Of a stretch of 64,000 nt of DNA, positions 26,497 to 42,321 are shown piece by piece. The position numbers and the translations under genes were made by a program. Under the pieces are notes generated by a model. It was not told where the DNA came from and ran no database searches. It saw nothing but the letters and a program-made list of their open reading frames with translations. The DNA comes from Neocallimastix sp. 'constans' (Eukaryota): positions 1 to 64,000 of the forward strand of contig JBODTK010000108.1 in assembly GCA_050613775.1 (NCBI GenBank). The letters are read 5' to 3'. How positions within the stretch are numbered: position 1 is the first letter of the stretch; the number at the start of each line of letters is the position of its first letter.

Positions 26497-29060
26497 TTTT
26501 TTTTTTTTTTTTTTTTTTTAGACTTAGAGAATAACTTTATTTAATTCATAAAAATAATAAAATTACATGATTTAAATGAAAAAAAAAATAAAATGCATGA
26601 ATTGAAATATTATATATTATATAATTATAAAAGTGTGTTAAAAGCAATAGTTTCTAACTTTTCCCATTCATCGATGATAACACCACGTCCATTTTTTTGC
26701 GAGTAATAATTTCAGTATCAAACGAATCTGTATCAGATCTTTCATTGGGAGGTGAAAATCCATACCTTATCATTTAGACTTCGACGCTCTTAGCAACAGT
26801 AAATTCAACAGAATACTATTTCATCATCAATCTAAATGATCGACAAATTAATGGTATTACGTATATTAGAAACACCGCAATCCCCACAAAATACGGAACA
26901 GTCAACAAAGTTGAACTTTGTTTAAAAATATTGTCAACTAATTGTCTTTATTCCCAATCATTAACTTTAATTTTTTCATATATTGAACGCCCGCCAAGAA
27001 GAATACTCAATATAAAATAATAAATATTATTTATCATAATCCTTTTTTGAATCTAAAGAAACATTCAAGAATTTTGTTCAATTATCATAGCAAACTTCAA
27101 AAAGAGATCATCTAGAAAAGGCAATTCTTTATAGGCAAAAATCCAGTGAGAAAAGCTAGGTACGCTAACCCCACAACATGGGCAACATTTAGGGCAATCT
27201 TCTGGAACTATTTTTCTTTTAATGGTAATACTAATGTCAAATTTAAAACCACACCTAATTCGAGAAATCCAAAAGAATCCCAATTGATATTTAGGATATT
27301 GAAATGTTAAGTTTTTGATTTCTGAAATAAATACAAAATCATCCTCCTAGTAAATAATTGCTTTTATAGCTTTGGAGGGTTTGAAGAAATCTCTTTCCCA
27401 ATAAGACTTTTTTTATTTCACTTGTCTTTCTACCATTTAATTTCTTATCCAAAGTCCTTGATTCTTTAGTCCATGAGTAATATGATATAGTAGGAATATT
27501 ATTAGTGAGATGATTAATAATACATGATGAGTTTTTCCATTTTTCTAAAGCAGCATAATTGAGATATAGCACAGATAGCTGAAAGAGGATTTATTCTAAA
27601 TTCACAAGTAATATCATAGAAACTAACATAAGAATTACGAGATTTAAATCCATAACTCCAATAAAGTCCTCTGTTAATAATTTTTTGAGCTTTAGAACAT
27701 CTGCTCTTATTTGAACTAAATGGAGGAGTATAATATAAAACAAGACTAAGAATAAACAAAAATAAAAACATATTTCTTCAATAAGAGAGGAATAGATTTA
27801 TTAATAAGAAATCGAAATTACGAATTTAACTTGACATTTAAATTACTGTTTAATATGAATTGAATAGGTTTCAATGATAAAGATTCATCAAAAGGAATAC
27901 CAAGATAAGTATAGTTGTCAGTTTTAGGAAATTTATTACTACAAATAAAGAAAGATAGATCATCGTAATTTATCGATTTAACAAAGTTGATCTGTTTTAC
28001 AACAAGAGTAGTACACTTATTAATTCCAAAAGTTATTTCATTTTTAATAGCCCATATATGAACCTTATTCAAAATTTTCTTAAGAGCATGTTTAGATGGA
28101 GCAACTAAAACAACATCATCGACAAAAAGTCCACTACAACAATATTGAGAATCTATATATACACCATACTTATCACAATTATCCAGTACCCCGTTAATAA
28201 ATAAATTGAATAAAATAGGAGATAGAGGGCATCCTTGTCTAACGCCACGATTAATCGAAAAGTCATCTGATAGATTACCATTAAAAAAAGCACGAGCTTT
28301 TAAGGATAAATAAAAGTTTCTTAAATTCCTAAGTTATATAATTTGGTCAAAATATTAAAGACAGGTGAAAAGGTCAAATAAAAAAATGAACAAGAACGAT
28401 GTACACTTATACTTATACTAAGACCTTTCATATCAGGTATGTTTGGATCAGCTTTTCGTAAAATTGTATTATAGTGACAAAGAAATGAGTAATTATTTGA
28501 AAGTACATTAAGATATTGGCTATTACCGACCTCTTGCAAGCAAATACAGATAGGTTTAAAAATTTCATTAAAGTATCTAGCACCATCACGTTTTTCTGCA
28601 TTCCATCCATTAATGCTCCAACTGACACAAAGATTGAAGAATTGAGTAGACCGTGAGTAAATACTACTATATAAAAAATCTTTTACCATTGATTTAGTTT
28701 CAAAAGAAGAAATTTTATTGCTGAATTTCTTAACATAACTGAAAGTTTGAATTTTGTTGGTTTTGATCCAATTAATTTAACAGATATGAAGGCATTGAGT
28801 AAGAATAAGTAAAATATTTAGATAATAAATGGGTTTATCCATAAAATGAAGTAATTTTCCATATTAGGGGTGTATTTTTTTGTAATTCCATGAACTATTT
28901 CATTGCAATTGGAAATATTTTTACTATGAAATTCCCAAGTTTACTAACAGACCATGATTGAAGATCATAAATAAAGATAAAAATGAACTATTTGTTCCAA
29001 ATATCGAATCTTTGAAGGTCTCATCTTAAAAGAGGCATAGTTGCCTTATTTGAAGAAGTA
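26497..29060 (-). mobile_element. Decayed non-LTR retrotransposon (LINE): APE endonuclease, RT, Cys-rich C-terminus, poly(A) tail; large internal deletion near 28380
   Basis: APE start SWSINGWN...ICLQEVG. RT motifs RGVRQGCPLSPILFNLFING, GLFVDDVVL, FGINKC and YTYLGIPF. C-terminal CPKCCPCC...SHWIF and LSILLGGRS. The T-run at 26497-26519 is the poly(A) on the minus strand. Confidence 0.92.
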
Positions 29061-29109
29061 TTATTCATTTCGAAGAAAGCCTAAAAAAATAAAATAAAAG
29101 AAGAATAAA

Positions 29110-29246
<137 letters not shown>

Positions 29247-29249
29247 GAT

Positions 29250-29293
<44 letters not shown>

Positions 29294-29379
29294 TATAAAA
29301 AAATAAAAATAAAAAAATAACAATAAAAAAAATAAAAGAGAAAGTAAACACCTTTTAAATAGTATTAAAAGAATTGTTA

Positions 29380-30192
29380 GTGTTGAATATATGAAAGCTT
29401 GAAGTATATCGTTGTTCTTGATGATTTTGTAGTTGTTTGATTTTGTAAAGTATTGATTTTATCCTGTATTACTGTTATAATATTTATAATTTTTCAAAAG
29501 GGTTAGATAATTATTGATTTTTTGTTTAGTAACTGAAAGATATAAAAGTAAAATAAGCAACTTTTATATTCTGTTAAAATGAATAATCTTATCTTTTTAT
29601 CTTTTGAATAATTGTTTTTCTTTCAATTAATAAATATCTTTAAAACGTAAAAATTTTTTGATGAATAATCATATAATAGTGAAAGACTATAAAAAAGATT
29701 TTCATCCATTAAATAATGTCTTAAACACAAGCTTTGGAGTGAATCAATCTCCTATATTTCCATTTTACAATAGCTATATGAGAGTTTAAATAAAACTATA
29801 GAAAAATTCATATACAAAATAATGCTAAAGTAAAAAAATATAATAGATTCATTACAGTGATAATATGTAGAAACTACATGATATTATTAATTATATAACT
29901 CCATTGTTACTACATATCCAGTTTAAAACAGTAGGTTCACTTTCGACAGTTTCCAGTATTCCAATTTACATTCTTCGTACTAGAAGCCACTTTAGAAAGG
30001 ATAATCATCCATTATCATCAGAATCACAGAAAACTGTAATTAGTACACCTGATATAGGCTATTCCTTTTCCATCAACCCTCCATGGACCAGGGAAAACAG
30101 TCCTTATCATTATAAAATGCTAATACATAAAAATATAATCATCAATTTAACAAAGCACTGAAATGTATTCTCTTCCAAGTATAAAAAAAAAA
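29380..30192 (+). mobile_element. LINE 3' fragment ending in the conserved 3' motif + poly(A)
   Basis: Ends AAAGCACTGAAATGTATTCTCTTCCAAGTAT(A)n (30152-30192), matching the termini at 14237, 61012 and 62285. The 5' boundary is uncertain. Confidence 0.6.
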
Positions 30193-30302
30193 GTTTTACT
30201 TCTAAATTATTTATGGAAACCTATTCCCTAAAAGGATTCACTGTCTTTTTTACAATAACAATCCTCAGTGAATCGTGAATCCTAAAGAGGGTAATGCGTC
30301 TC

Positions 30303-31345
30303 TTAAAATAAAATAAAATAAAATAAAATAAAATAAAATAAAATAAAATAAAATAAAATTAATAGTAGAATATTAAATATATAAAGTACAGATTGAATAA
30401 AATAAAATAAAATAAAATAAAATAAAATAAAATAAATAGTAGAAATATGAATATAAAGTACAGATTTAATAAAATAAAATAAAATAAAATAAAATAAATA
30501 GTAGAAATATAAATATAAAGTACAGATTGAATAAAATGAAATAAAATAAAATAAAATAGAATAAATAGTAGAAATATGAATATAAAGTACAGATTGAATA
30601 AAATGAAATAAAATAAAATAAAATAGAATAAATAGTAGAAATATGAATATAAAGTACAGATTGAATAAAATGAAATAAAATAAAATAAAATAGAATAAAT
30701 AGTAGAAATATGAATATAAAGTACAGATTGAATAAAATAAAATAAAATAAAATAAAATAAAATAAAATAAAATAAAATAAAATAAAATAAAATAAAATAA
30801 AATAAAATAAAATAAAATAAAATAAAATAAAATAAAATAAAATAAAATAAAATAAAATAAAATAAAATAAAATAAAATAAAATAAAATAAAATAAAATAA
30901 AATAAAATAAAATAAAATAAAATAAAATAAAATAAAATAAAATAAAATAAAATAAAATAAAATAAAATAAAATAAATAGTAGAAATATGAATATAAAGTA
31001 CAGATTTAATAAAATAAAATAAAATAAAATAAAATAAAATAAAATAAAATAAAATAAAATAAAATAAAATAAAATAAAATAAAATAAAATAAAATAAAAT
31101 AAAATAAAATAAAATAAAATAAAATAAAATAAAATAAAATAAAATAAAATAAAATAAAATAAATAGTTGAAATATGAAAATAAAGTACAGATTGAATAAA
31201 ATAAAATAAAATAAAATAAAATAAAATAAAATAAAATAAAATAAAATAAATAGTTGAAATATGAAAATAAAGTACAGATTGAATAAAATAAAATAAAATA
31301 AAATAAAATAAATAGTTGAAATATGAATATAAAGTACAGATTGAA
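30303..31345. repeat. Second composite (AAAAT)n satellite with variant unit ATAGT(A/T)GAAATATGAA(T/A)ATAAAGTACAGATT(G/T)
   Basis: Same architecture and orientation as 1-1475, with a diagnostic GTACAGATT versus GTACAAATT difference. Confidence 0.93.
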
Positions 31346-31456
31346 TAAAATAAAATAAAATATATTCTTATAAAGTATATATTCTTATAACATTATATAT
31401 ATATTAATGAAGATTATTCACACACTTTTATAATGCATAAAGAATTATATTGATAC

Positions 31457-31500
<44 letters not shown>

Positions 31501-32381
31501 AATACACATAAAATTATATATATGTTTTGTAAAATATAAATTTTTTTTTTTGTTAAGTCTTTAATCTGATTTTTTTATTGTTTATTTTAATAATATATAT
31601 ATAATATATATATATTTTTCCAATCTTTTCATCTTTTTATTTTTTTATTTTTATTTCTTTTCTTTTTTTTATTTTTTCTTCTTTATTTCTTTTTCAATAA
31701 ATTAATTAACATTTTAATTTTTTTTTTAATTCTTTATAATAAATAAAAACAAATATATAATAGATAGACGTATTTTTATATATTTGTTTTATTCTTTATT
31801 TTTTATAAGAAATTAATTTAAAATAAAAAAAAATTAAAATAAAACAATATGAAACACAAAATTATAATTTTTTATAATTTTTGAAAAGTAAAAAAAAAAA
31901 AAAAAAAATAATAAGGTTATTTAATATTTTCCTCATATTATTTTTCCTCTTTTTTTTTTTTTATATTTTTTTTTTTCCTCTCTTTTAAATATATTCTTTT
32001 TCTTATATTTTCTTCTTCTTCTTTTTGATTTTTATTATATATTTGAACTTGGAACGAGTCATCAAAATCTTTGAGCTTTTTTTTATTTTTTATTTTGCAG
32101 CTTTTTGTTTTTCAATTTTAACTTTTTTATTATTATTATTATTATTATTTTTTTAAAAAAAAAAATAATAATACGAATAAATTATTAAAACTATATACAA
32201 TTAAAAAGATAGATTTTTTTTTAAAAAAAAATAAGTTATAATAAATTAATTTTTTTTTTCTTTTATAAAAAAAAAATAAGTTATAATAAATTAATTTTTA
32301 AAGAAAAAAAAAAAAAAATAGCATTTCATTTTATTTTAACTTAACTATATTAAATTAAAATAAACATCATGAAATTGGTAT

Positions 32382-32429
<48 letters not shown>

Positions 32430-32814
32430 TTGTTGTTGCTTTTGTTGTTGTTGTAAATAAATTAGTTTTTTTTTTTTTTTAAATAGTTTAGATTATTTTT
32501 TTTTCAAATAACCTACGGATAGCTTTATATATTATATAAAAATATTTTTAAAAACAATATTATTATTACTAATTATTTAATATTATTATTATTATTTTTT
32601 TTAATCCATTTCTTTTTTTTCAAAGAAATGCTTATAAAAAAAAAGTGAAAATATAAAATATAAATTTTCTATATATCAATTAGAAAATATATTAATAGAT
32701 GTAATAATAATAATAATTTAGAAGAATATTTTAATAGTTTTTTCCATCATGTTTTTTTTTTTTTTTTTAAAAAAAAAAATTCAAACATGTATTTAAATTT
32801 TCGATTATTCCATT

Positions 32815-32855
<41 letters not shown>

Positions 32856-32946
32856 AATATTTATATAATTATTTATATATTAAGAATTTTTTTTTTTTTA
32901 TTTTCATCATTATATTTTCATTTCATTATAATATATATAATTTAAT

Positions 32947-34232
32947 TTAATCCTTGTATCCATTTTCTTGGAATATTTGAATTGCAACAGAATCTAAACT
33001 TTTACGACCTTTCTGTGATAATCTTCTTCCACTGTAATAATATAACATAATTTTATGTTATTAAATATAAAAATTTAATAAAAAATTATTATTATAATTA
33101 TTTTTTTTACAAAATAAAATTTAATATATGTAATATAAAAATTTTAAAAAGTTTATTTTAGTACATTGCATTTTTATTATAATTACGATTATTATTATTA
33201 ATAAATATTAATATATATAATTTAATATATTATATTATAAATAAATATATATATTTACCCATAATAATCCTTTTCTAAAATACCCATTTCTTCAAAATTT
33301 TCAATGATTTTACGAATAGTATTTCCAGTAGCAGTTGTAGGATTATAAGATGCATTGGGAGTATGAACAGAATGTCTTGATAAACCACTATTTGATTTGC
33401 ATAAACCACCAATACCAACATTTGAACGTAAATAGAAATGACGTGCTACAGAGGCTATACAATAATAATAAAATTATATAAAAAAAAAAATTTATAAAAA
33501 TATTTTTTTTTCATTAGTCTATTAAAATTTTAAAAATATTATAAAATTTCTATAATTATATATAAGTAGTATATATGCTTTTAATATATAGTAATTTAAA
33601 CAACAATGAATTACAATAATATCATAGCATAAACTATGCATTTTATAAATTAAAAATTTTCTTTCTCTAAAAATTTTAAAGAAAAAAAAAATTATATATA
33701 TAATATATAATATATAAATATATATAATATATAAATACATATAATATATAAATATATGTAATGCTATAATTTAATTTATATTATGCTTAAAAAAGTATAA
33801 TTATAACACATGATACTATCAAAAAACAAAAAAAAAAAAAAAAAAAAAAAAGGAAAAAATTTATATTTATTAAACTTTTTTTTAAAAAAAAATAATATAA
33901 CAAAAATAAAAATGAATAAAATAAAAAGTATTAATAAAAAAAAAAAAAAAGAGCACTCAATTATCATTGTTATCGTTAATAAATATCTATATATAAAAAT
34001 AATATTTATATATGAATCCTAATTTAAAAATATTTTTTTAAATATTAATAAAATAATTACCAGCTTTAATGTAATATAAATCATTTTCATTTATAGAATA
34101 CTTTCTAATAGATGCCTTACGTCTATCAACATATTTTGGTGATGTCATTTCACCACTTTTTTTCAAATGAGCAGCATAGGCTTTTACAAAGACTTGGGAA
34201 TTAATATCCTTAACAGTAATTTCTTTAACCAT
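32947..34232 (-). CDS. RPS19: Divergent 40S ribosomal protein eS19 (RPS19) homologue; exons 34232-34061, 33454-33259, 33031-32947 (150 aa)
   Basis: Spliced protein MVKEITVKDINSQVFVKAYAAHLKKSG...LYYIKAASVARHFYLRSNVGIGGL...GNTIRKIIENFEEMGILEKDYYGGRRLSQKGRKSLDSVAIQI. The GT-AG junctions are in frame. Confidence 0.85.
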
Positions 34233-37200
34233 TTTAATTTTTTAAGTTTATTTTTTTTTTAATTTTTATATTATTGTTGATTTTATGATTGAGTTTTATA
34301 AAATGTTTTATAGTTTTATTTTTAGAATGGTTTTAGCTTTATATTATATTATATTATTTATATTTATATTTTTTTACGATAATTTATTACTATGTACAAT
34401 TTTTTTTTATTTTATAATAAATAAATTATTCTTATTTTAATATTAAAAATAAAAATAATAAAAAAAATTATAGAGGAGAAATGATTCTTAAATTAATATT
34501 TGTTGGTTAATATTTTATAAAATATTATTTCAAAATAAATAATATATTACAATGTTAATTATTATAATTAACAAATAAATAAGTAAAAGGTTCTCTTTTT
34601 ATAATAAAAGTTTTTTTTGTTTGTTATAATCTAAAAGAACACTAAAAAAAAGTATTATCACTTTTTTTTATATATTATTGTTGAAGAGGTAATTTTAATA
34701 TAAAAAGTTAAAGTTTTATAAATTGTATTAGTTTGTGTGAAATTTATAGAAATTTACAGATATATCTTATATTCTTTTCATGTTAAAATTTAAAATTTTA
34801 AATAAAAAAATATTTTTATAAAAAAATATGTTTTATCAACTAAAATACAGTGAATTATTATCCCTGTATAAATAAAAAGGTTTTTTTCTTCTTTTAATAA
34901 TTATTATTATTAAAAAGATTAAATATGAATTCTGGGGAGAAAAAAAAAGGATTTTTTTTTTTGTTTTTATATATTTTTAAAAGTTTAAATTAAATCATAT
35001 TACCTTAATGAAATTAAAAAAAAAATTAATCAATAAATAAATAAATAAAATAAAATAAAATAAATAAAAATTATTATATTAAAAATTTAAAAAAAAAAAA
35101 AGTGAAAAATAAAATAATTAAAGTTTTAGTTTTAATAAAATAGTATTTATTTATTATTCAATTATTATTTATTTATTTATTTATTTATTTATTATTTAAT
35201 ATTTATTTATTATTTAATATTTTTTTATTATTTAACATTTTTTTATTATTTAAATAGTAATTTTACAATAACATTACTGTCTATAAAAGTTTAAATTTAG
35301 TTAATATTTAATTATAAATATATTTATATAAATATATATATAAATTAATACTAATATTATTCAATAATTAATAATTATTAAGATATTTAGATTTAAAATT
35401 TATATTTAAGAGACATGCTTTTATTTTTTATTGTTTTTTTATTATTTTTTTTACTTTTTATTTTATTTTATTTTTTTACTGCTCCATAATTTTAAAAATT
35501 TTAATTTTAATATTTAAAATATAGACATATATTTGAACATTTGAACATTATGAATTGTTAATTATTAATATTGTAGGTAGTATAGAATAATTTATGACAT
35601 TTTAAATTTATTATTTATTATATATATATTTTTTTATTAAATATAATTTTTTATTATATATAAGTTATTATATATTATATTTTATTAGAGTCATTTTGAA
35701 TTTATAAAAAAAAATTTTTTTTTGTCATATTTTCTTTTTTTTTAATATAAAAAAAAAACATGACTTCAAAATAAAATAAAAAAAAAAATAATCAAAAATT
35801 TTATTTTAACCTAAAAAGGAAAAAATAATTCATATTAATATATTAAAAAACAAAAAGAAAAAAATTTTTTTTTTTCTTTTCTTTATGGACATTTAGTGCT
35901 TTTAGTATAAAATATTTCTAGTAATGAATAAAAAATAAAAAATATGGTAATAGATAAAATGGAAAAGGTTTCAATTATAATATCCAAAAAAAATTTTTAG
36001 ATGATTTATATATATAAAAAAGCTCATTTCATTTTATAAAATAACACATTTGTTTTGTTTTAGCTATTTTTTTTTTCTACTGTATCTAAATATTATGAAT
36101 AAAAATAAAATAATCTATGAATATTTTTTATTTTAATTTTTATTATAATATATTATGCATAATCTATAATTAAATTTTAAGAATAGTCATGATATTTATG
36201 TATATATAATAATATTAAAAAAATTTTTTTTTTTATTTTATACTAAGTTATAAAAGTAAATAAAAATAAATTAAAAAAATATATAAAGTAAACTTTTAAT
36301 TGTTTATTCATGTTTTTAATACTGAAGATCATGCAAATAAAATTAATATATAGAACTTTTATAAATTTAATGTAAGTTAATGCATTTCCTATATTAACTA
36401 ACATTTAACAAAAAAATTTTTTTCTTTATTATTGCATTTATATTTTATATTTATTGTATTTATGTATTTAAATTTTTATTTTTATTGTATCTTATTTCTA
36501 TATATTTTTTTTCATTTTTATTTTTATTTTTTTTTTTAAAAAAAAAAATGCTGACTCTATTTATTTATTTTACTAAATAAAATAAAATAAAATAATAAAA
36601 TAATAAAAATAAAAAAAAAAGTATATACATCAAAATATCAAAATAATCAAAATTTAAATAATCTAATTAATAATTTTTAATTTAAATTTTTATTTTTTTT
36701 TTTATTTTTATCTTTTATGGTTTTATTTCCATTTTTTCAAAATTTTAATTTTTCCTATAAAAAGTTATATATGGTATATTTATTATTTGTTTTTTATTAA
36801 TAAATTATAAATATAATAAATATTTATATATTAAATATCTTTAATTTTAATTTTAATTTTTATTTTTTTATTTTTCTTATTTATATTTATATAAATAAAT
36901 AAAAAGTCTATTAATAAATAAATGATTTATTCTTTTATTAAATTATTTTACTTATTTTCCTATAATTAGTATGTATATAAAGAAGTAGAAGAAGAAAAAA
37001 GAATATAATTTAATACTAATAATCAATTTAAATTATATATATATTTTAATTATAATGATAATTAAGTGAAAAATGGTTATTTGAAACAACAGGAGACTTA
37101 ACGGCTTACATTATGACAATCACTAATTTAAGAATACTCTAATTTTGAAAAATTTATTATTTAGTTTCAAAAAATATATATATATATATTTTTATAAATT

Positions 37201-37289
37201 TTAAATAATTAATTATATTTGGCATTTTTTTAAATATAATATTATAGTAAATAAATAAAGTAAATAAACAAACAAATAAATAATGAATA

Positions 37290-37740
37290 GCAAATAAATA
37301 AATAATAAATAATAAATAAATAATAAATAATAAATAATAAATAATAAATAATAAATAATAAATAATAAATAATAAATAATAAATAATAAATAATAAATAA
37401 TAAATAATAAATAATAAATAATAAATAATAAATAATAAATAATAAATAATAAATAATAAATAATAAATAATAAATAATAAATAATAAATAATAAATAATA
37501 AATAATAAATAATAAATAATAAATAATTAAATAATAAATAATTAAATAATAAATAATAAATAATAAATAATAAATAATAAATAATTAAATAATAAATAGT
37601 TGAATAATAAATAATAATAAATAATAAATACTGAATAATAAATAATAGGAAATAATAAATAGGAAATAATAAATAGGAAATAATAAATAGGAAATAATAA
37701 ATAGGAAATAATAAATAGGAAATAGGAAATAAGAATTAAT
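37290..37740. repeat. (AATAAAT)n heptamer minisatellite grading into AATAAATAGGAAAT units
   Basis: Direct tandem repeats. Confidence 0.9.
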
Positions 37741-38682
37741 AAAATAAATAGATAATTTATACAAAATAAGTCAAATAAAGTCATTATAATTAGAGTAATT
37801 TTAAATATAAAAAGATGAGTTGATATTGTATAAGTAAATACATAAAATTATTAATAAATAAAAATAATTTATTGTATATAAATTAAAAATTTTCATTCAA
37901 TAATATAATCATATAATTATTATGATTTAAAAATAACAAATAAATATGTTGAAAAATTATTGCATATTCCATTTTCAATATTTAAAATTTAATATTGCTT
38001 AAATATAAATAAAAAAATACGGATTTCAAAATAAATAATACACGTAATAATTAATTATCTTTATATTTATAAAAAAACATTAAAACTTTTACATACAACA
38101 AAATAAATCGTAATATTAATAAATAATAATGATAATACAATAATAGATAGTATTAATAATAATATTATTATTATGATTTATTTTAACAAATGATATTAAG
38201 AGAGAATTAAAAGAAAAATATTTGGAATAATTTTATTATCTTTTTTTTTTTTTTAGAAATTATTAAAAAATAATGAAATAAATAAGTCTAATATGAAGTT
38301 CTTTATTTTAATCATTTAAATATTATTATTTTTTTATTTTTTTATTTGTTATTTTTATTATTATTTTTTTTTTTTTTATTTTTACAATGGAAAACTTTAA
38401 TGAATTTCTTCTATTAAAGATTTTAAAGTTTTTGTATTAATTTATTGTAGGAATTCTTTTCAAAAAAAAAAAAAAAAAAAAATTTAAAATTATAAAATAT
38501 ATAACAAATAAAATTAAAGTTTTTAATCATTCATCTGAACGTATTATTTTCAGTAAATGATTTTATATTAATAATCTTAATAATAATACTGTAAAAATTA
38601 TAAATTATATAAAATTATATAAAAGGTAGATAATACAAATTTTAAAAGTTATTAATTCTACTTATTAATTAATAATCTCTAT

Positions 38683-38735
<53 letters not shown>

Positions 38736-39381
38736 TTTTTATTTTTTTTAGTTTTTTATTTTATTTTATTTTACTTTTATTTTTTAATTTTTTTTTTAAA
38801 TTAATAAAATCATTTTATTAGTTATTTTATGATTTTATAATTAATAACTTTTTAATTATATCAAATCACCAGAGTTTAATGTAAAACTAATCATTTTACA
38901 AGATTATTTTATATAAATATAATAATAATATTATTAAATGTAATTAAAAGTATAATGCAATATTTATTATGTAAAATAAATCTTTTTTTCTTTTATTTTT
39001 CAAAATTTTATTCTATATTAAAAATATTTTTTTTAATAATTTAATCTATTTAATTATTAATTATAATAATAATAAAATTTTATTAGAATAAAATAATCTT
39101 TAAATTGAATTAAAGTTTTATTCTTATTATATTTATTAATAATAATTAAAAAAGTTTATATGATGAATAAAATTAAATTAATTATAACTAATATTAACAA
39201 ATAATGAAGATTCATTAATAATTTATAAAAGATCATTAATACTAAATAGCTTAATTAAAATAAAAAAAGAAAAAGAAAAAAAGAAAAAAAAAGTGAAAAC
39301 GAATAAAATGAATAATTTAATTAGTTGGTCCTATGAAAAACAAGATTTGAATAAAATGAAAATTTTGATTATCTAATATGA

Positions 39382-39436
<55 letters not shown>

Positions 39437-39580
39437 GTACACGTATATTTTAAATATTTTTACCTTTTTTTTTTTCTTGATTTTTGTTTCCTTTTTTATT
39501 ATATTGTTTCATATTATCAATTTAAAAAAAAAAAAAAAAAAGGAAAAAAATATAAGTAAAGAGAAATAAAAGTAAATGTA

Positions 39581-39647
<67 letters not shown>

Positions 39648-39897
39648 TAAAAAAAAAAAACAAAAAACAATAACCTCTTGAGAAAGTGGGAAAAAAAGAA
39701 CAATATTTTTTTTTTTTTTAATTATATAGTTTATATATATTAATATTTCTAAAAATTTATTATATTATATATATATATTATATTATATATAAATAAAATA
39801 GAAAACAGAAAAAAAAAATTTATTTAATAGATTTTTTATTTATTAAATAAAAAAAAAATAAAATAAAATAAAAACAAATAAATAAATAATATATAAA

Positions 39898-41258
39898 ATG
39901 AGCTCACAAACAGCTACTCCAGATTCTGTTATTCAATTAACTTTGTCCTGTAAGGGATTAAAGAAGAAAAATAATGGTTTAATGAAAAGTAAACCAAATC
40001 CATGTATTTTTGTTTATCTTCAAACTCTCCATAAAGAATATGAACCCTCTAAATGGGTATGCATCGGTCATACTGAAATGTATAAGGAAGAATGTAATCC
40101 AAAATTTAATAAAATATTTACTTTTGACTATTATTTCGAAAAAGTTCAAAAATTAGCTTTCGTTTTAGTTAATATGATTAAAGAAAAGGATGAAAATAAT
40201 ATAAAAAGTCAAAAATATATGGGTTATTGTGAAGCTCGATTGGGTCAAATTATTTCATCCGGTAAATATGCTCCATATGAAGCCTTAGTTTCTAAAGCTC
40301 CACCACCGGAAGGTATTGATGTTAAACTTTCAAATAAGAAACCAAAACATGAAGGAAAATATGGTAAATTTTCTATTTGTGTAGAAGAATTAGAAGATAC
40401 TAATAATACTTATACCTTTTCTATTTCATGTAAGAATTTAGATAAGAAGGTAAAATTTTTTTTTTTTTTTTGATCATTAAATTATTTATATATTTGTTAA
40501 AATAATATTAATTAGTTTATGTAATTTTAATTAATTAGTTTATATATTTTTAATATGAATTTAATATTTATATATATATATGTCTTAAAATAAAAAAAAT
40601 AATTTTTATTTATTTAAATATATACATACCTTTTTTATTTATATATAATAAATTATAAATATATAATCATATATATATAATTTATTTTTAATATATTAAT
40701 AATATTGAAAATTAATAAAAATTTTTAGGATAAAATAGCAGGTAATAGTGATCCATATTTCACTATTTCTAAGAAACAATTGGATGGATCGATGTTGGAA
40801 ATTTATAGGAGTGAAGTAGTTAAAAAGAATTTAAATCCAACTTTCAAGAGATTTTCATTGAATGCAGCTATATTATGTAATTGTAATCGTGATATGCCAT
40901 TATTATGGCAAGTTAAAGATTGGAATAAGAATGGAGAAGAAAAGTTTATTGGTCAATTTGAAGCTTCACTAAATACCATTATGGATAGTAGTTCAAAAGA
41001 ATTTGATTTAATATACGAAAAGAAACAGAAAAAACATAAGGATTATGTTAATTCTGGTGTTTTTACCTTCCAAGAGTGCACCCTTAATGTTCCTGCTGAA
41101 GAAGAAAAATTACCACCATCTTTCTATGACTTTATTTCAACAGGAACAGGTAAATTAATAATAATATTATTTATTAAAAAAAATTATTTTTCATTATATT
41201 TTCATTATATTTTCATTATATTATATTATATTATATTTTGCTTTATTTTATTTTATTT

Positions 41259-41330
<72 letters not shown>

Positions 41331-42218
41331 TAATAGTAATAATAATAATAATAATAATAAAATAATAGTAATAACAAATTTAAAAAATATAAAATTAAAA
41401 TATCTTTTTTTTTTTTTTTTTTTTTTTTTTATATTTTAATTTTATTTTATTTGTTTATTTTTTTTTTATAAATAGAAATTAAATTAACTATTGGTATTGA
41501 TATGAGTGCTTCTAACGGTGGTTTCTCTAAAGCTAGAATTGATAGTTGTCTTCATAGAATATATGATGATGGTAGAATGAATGATTATCAAAGAACAATT
41601 AAAGTTATTGGTTCTGTATTAGAAGCTTATGATACCGATAAATTAATTTCTGTTTATGGATTTGGTTGTAAGGTAGATGGAAAAATAAATCAGTGTTGGC
41701 CACTTAATGAAAATGAAAATAATCCAGAACTTGATGGTATTGATTCCGTATTAGAGGTTTATGAATATGCTGTTAGAAGAGTACGATTTTCTGGTCCAAC
41801 TACTTTTTCGGAAATTATAAATCATGTTGGTGAAAATGCAAAGGATGCCATTGATAGAAGTATTTCTGGTAAAGATGGTAAACAAAATCATTTGAAATAT
41901 TATAATATTTTATTACTTATTACAGATGGGGATGTTACTAGTTTCAGAGAAACCATTGATTCCATTGTTAATAATAGTGATAAGGCTTTATCTATTATTA
42001 TTGTTGGTGTCGGTAGTTGTAAATTCACAGATATGGTTGTACTTGATGCTGATAATAAGAAACTTATATCTTCTAAAGGAAAACAAGCAGAACGTGATAT
42101 TGTAAACTTTATTCAATTAAAGTAAGTAATCAGAAAAAAAAAATAATAGTAATAGTAACAAAATAAAAATAAATAAATTAATGAATAATAATTAAAATTT
42201 ATAAGATGAATAAGTGAG

Positions 42219-42250
<32 letters not shown>

Positions 42251-42289
42251 TTATATATATATATATATTATTTTATTAAAATCTTATTT

Positions 42290-42321
<32 letters not shown>

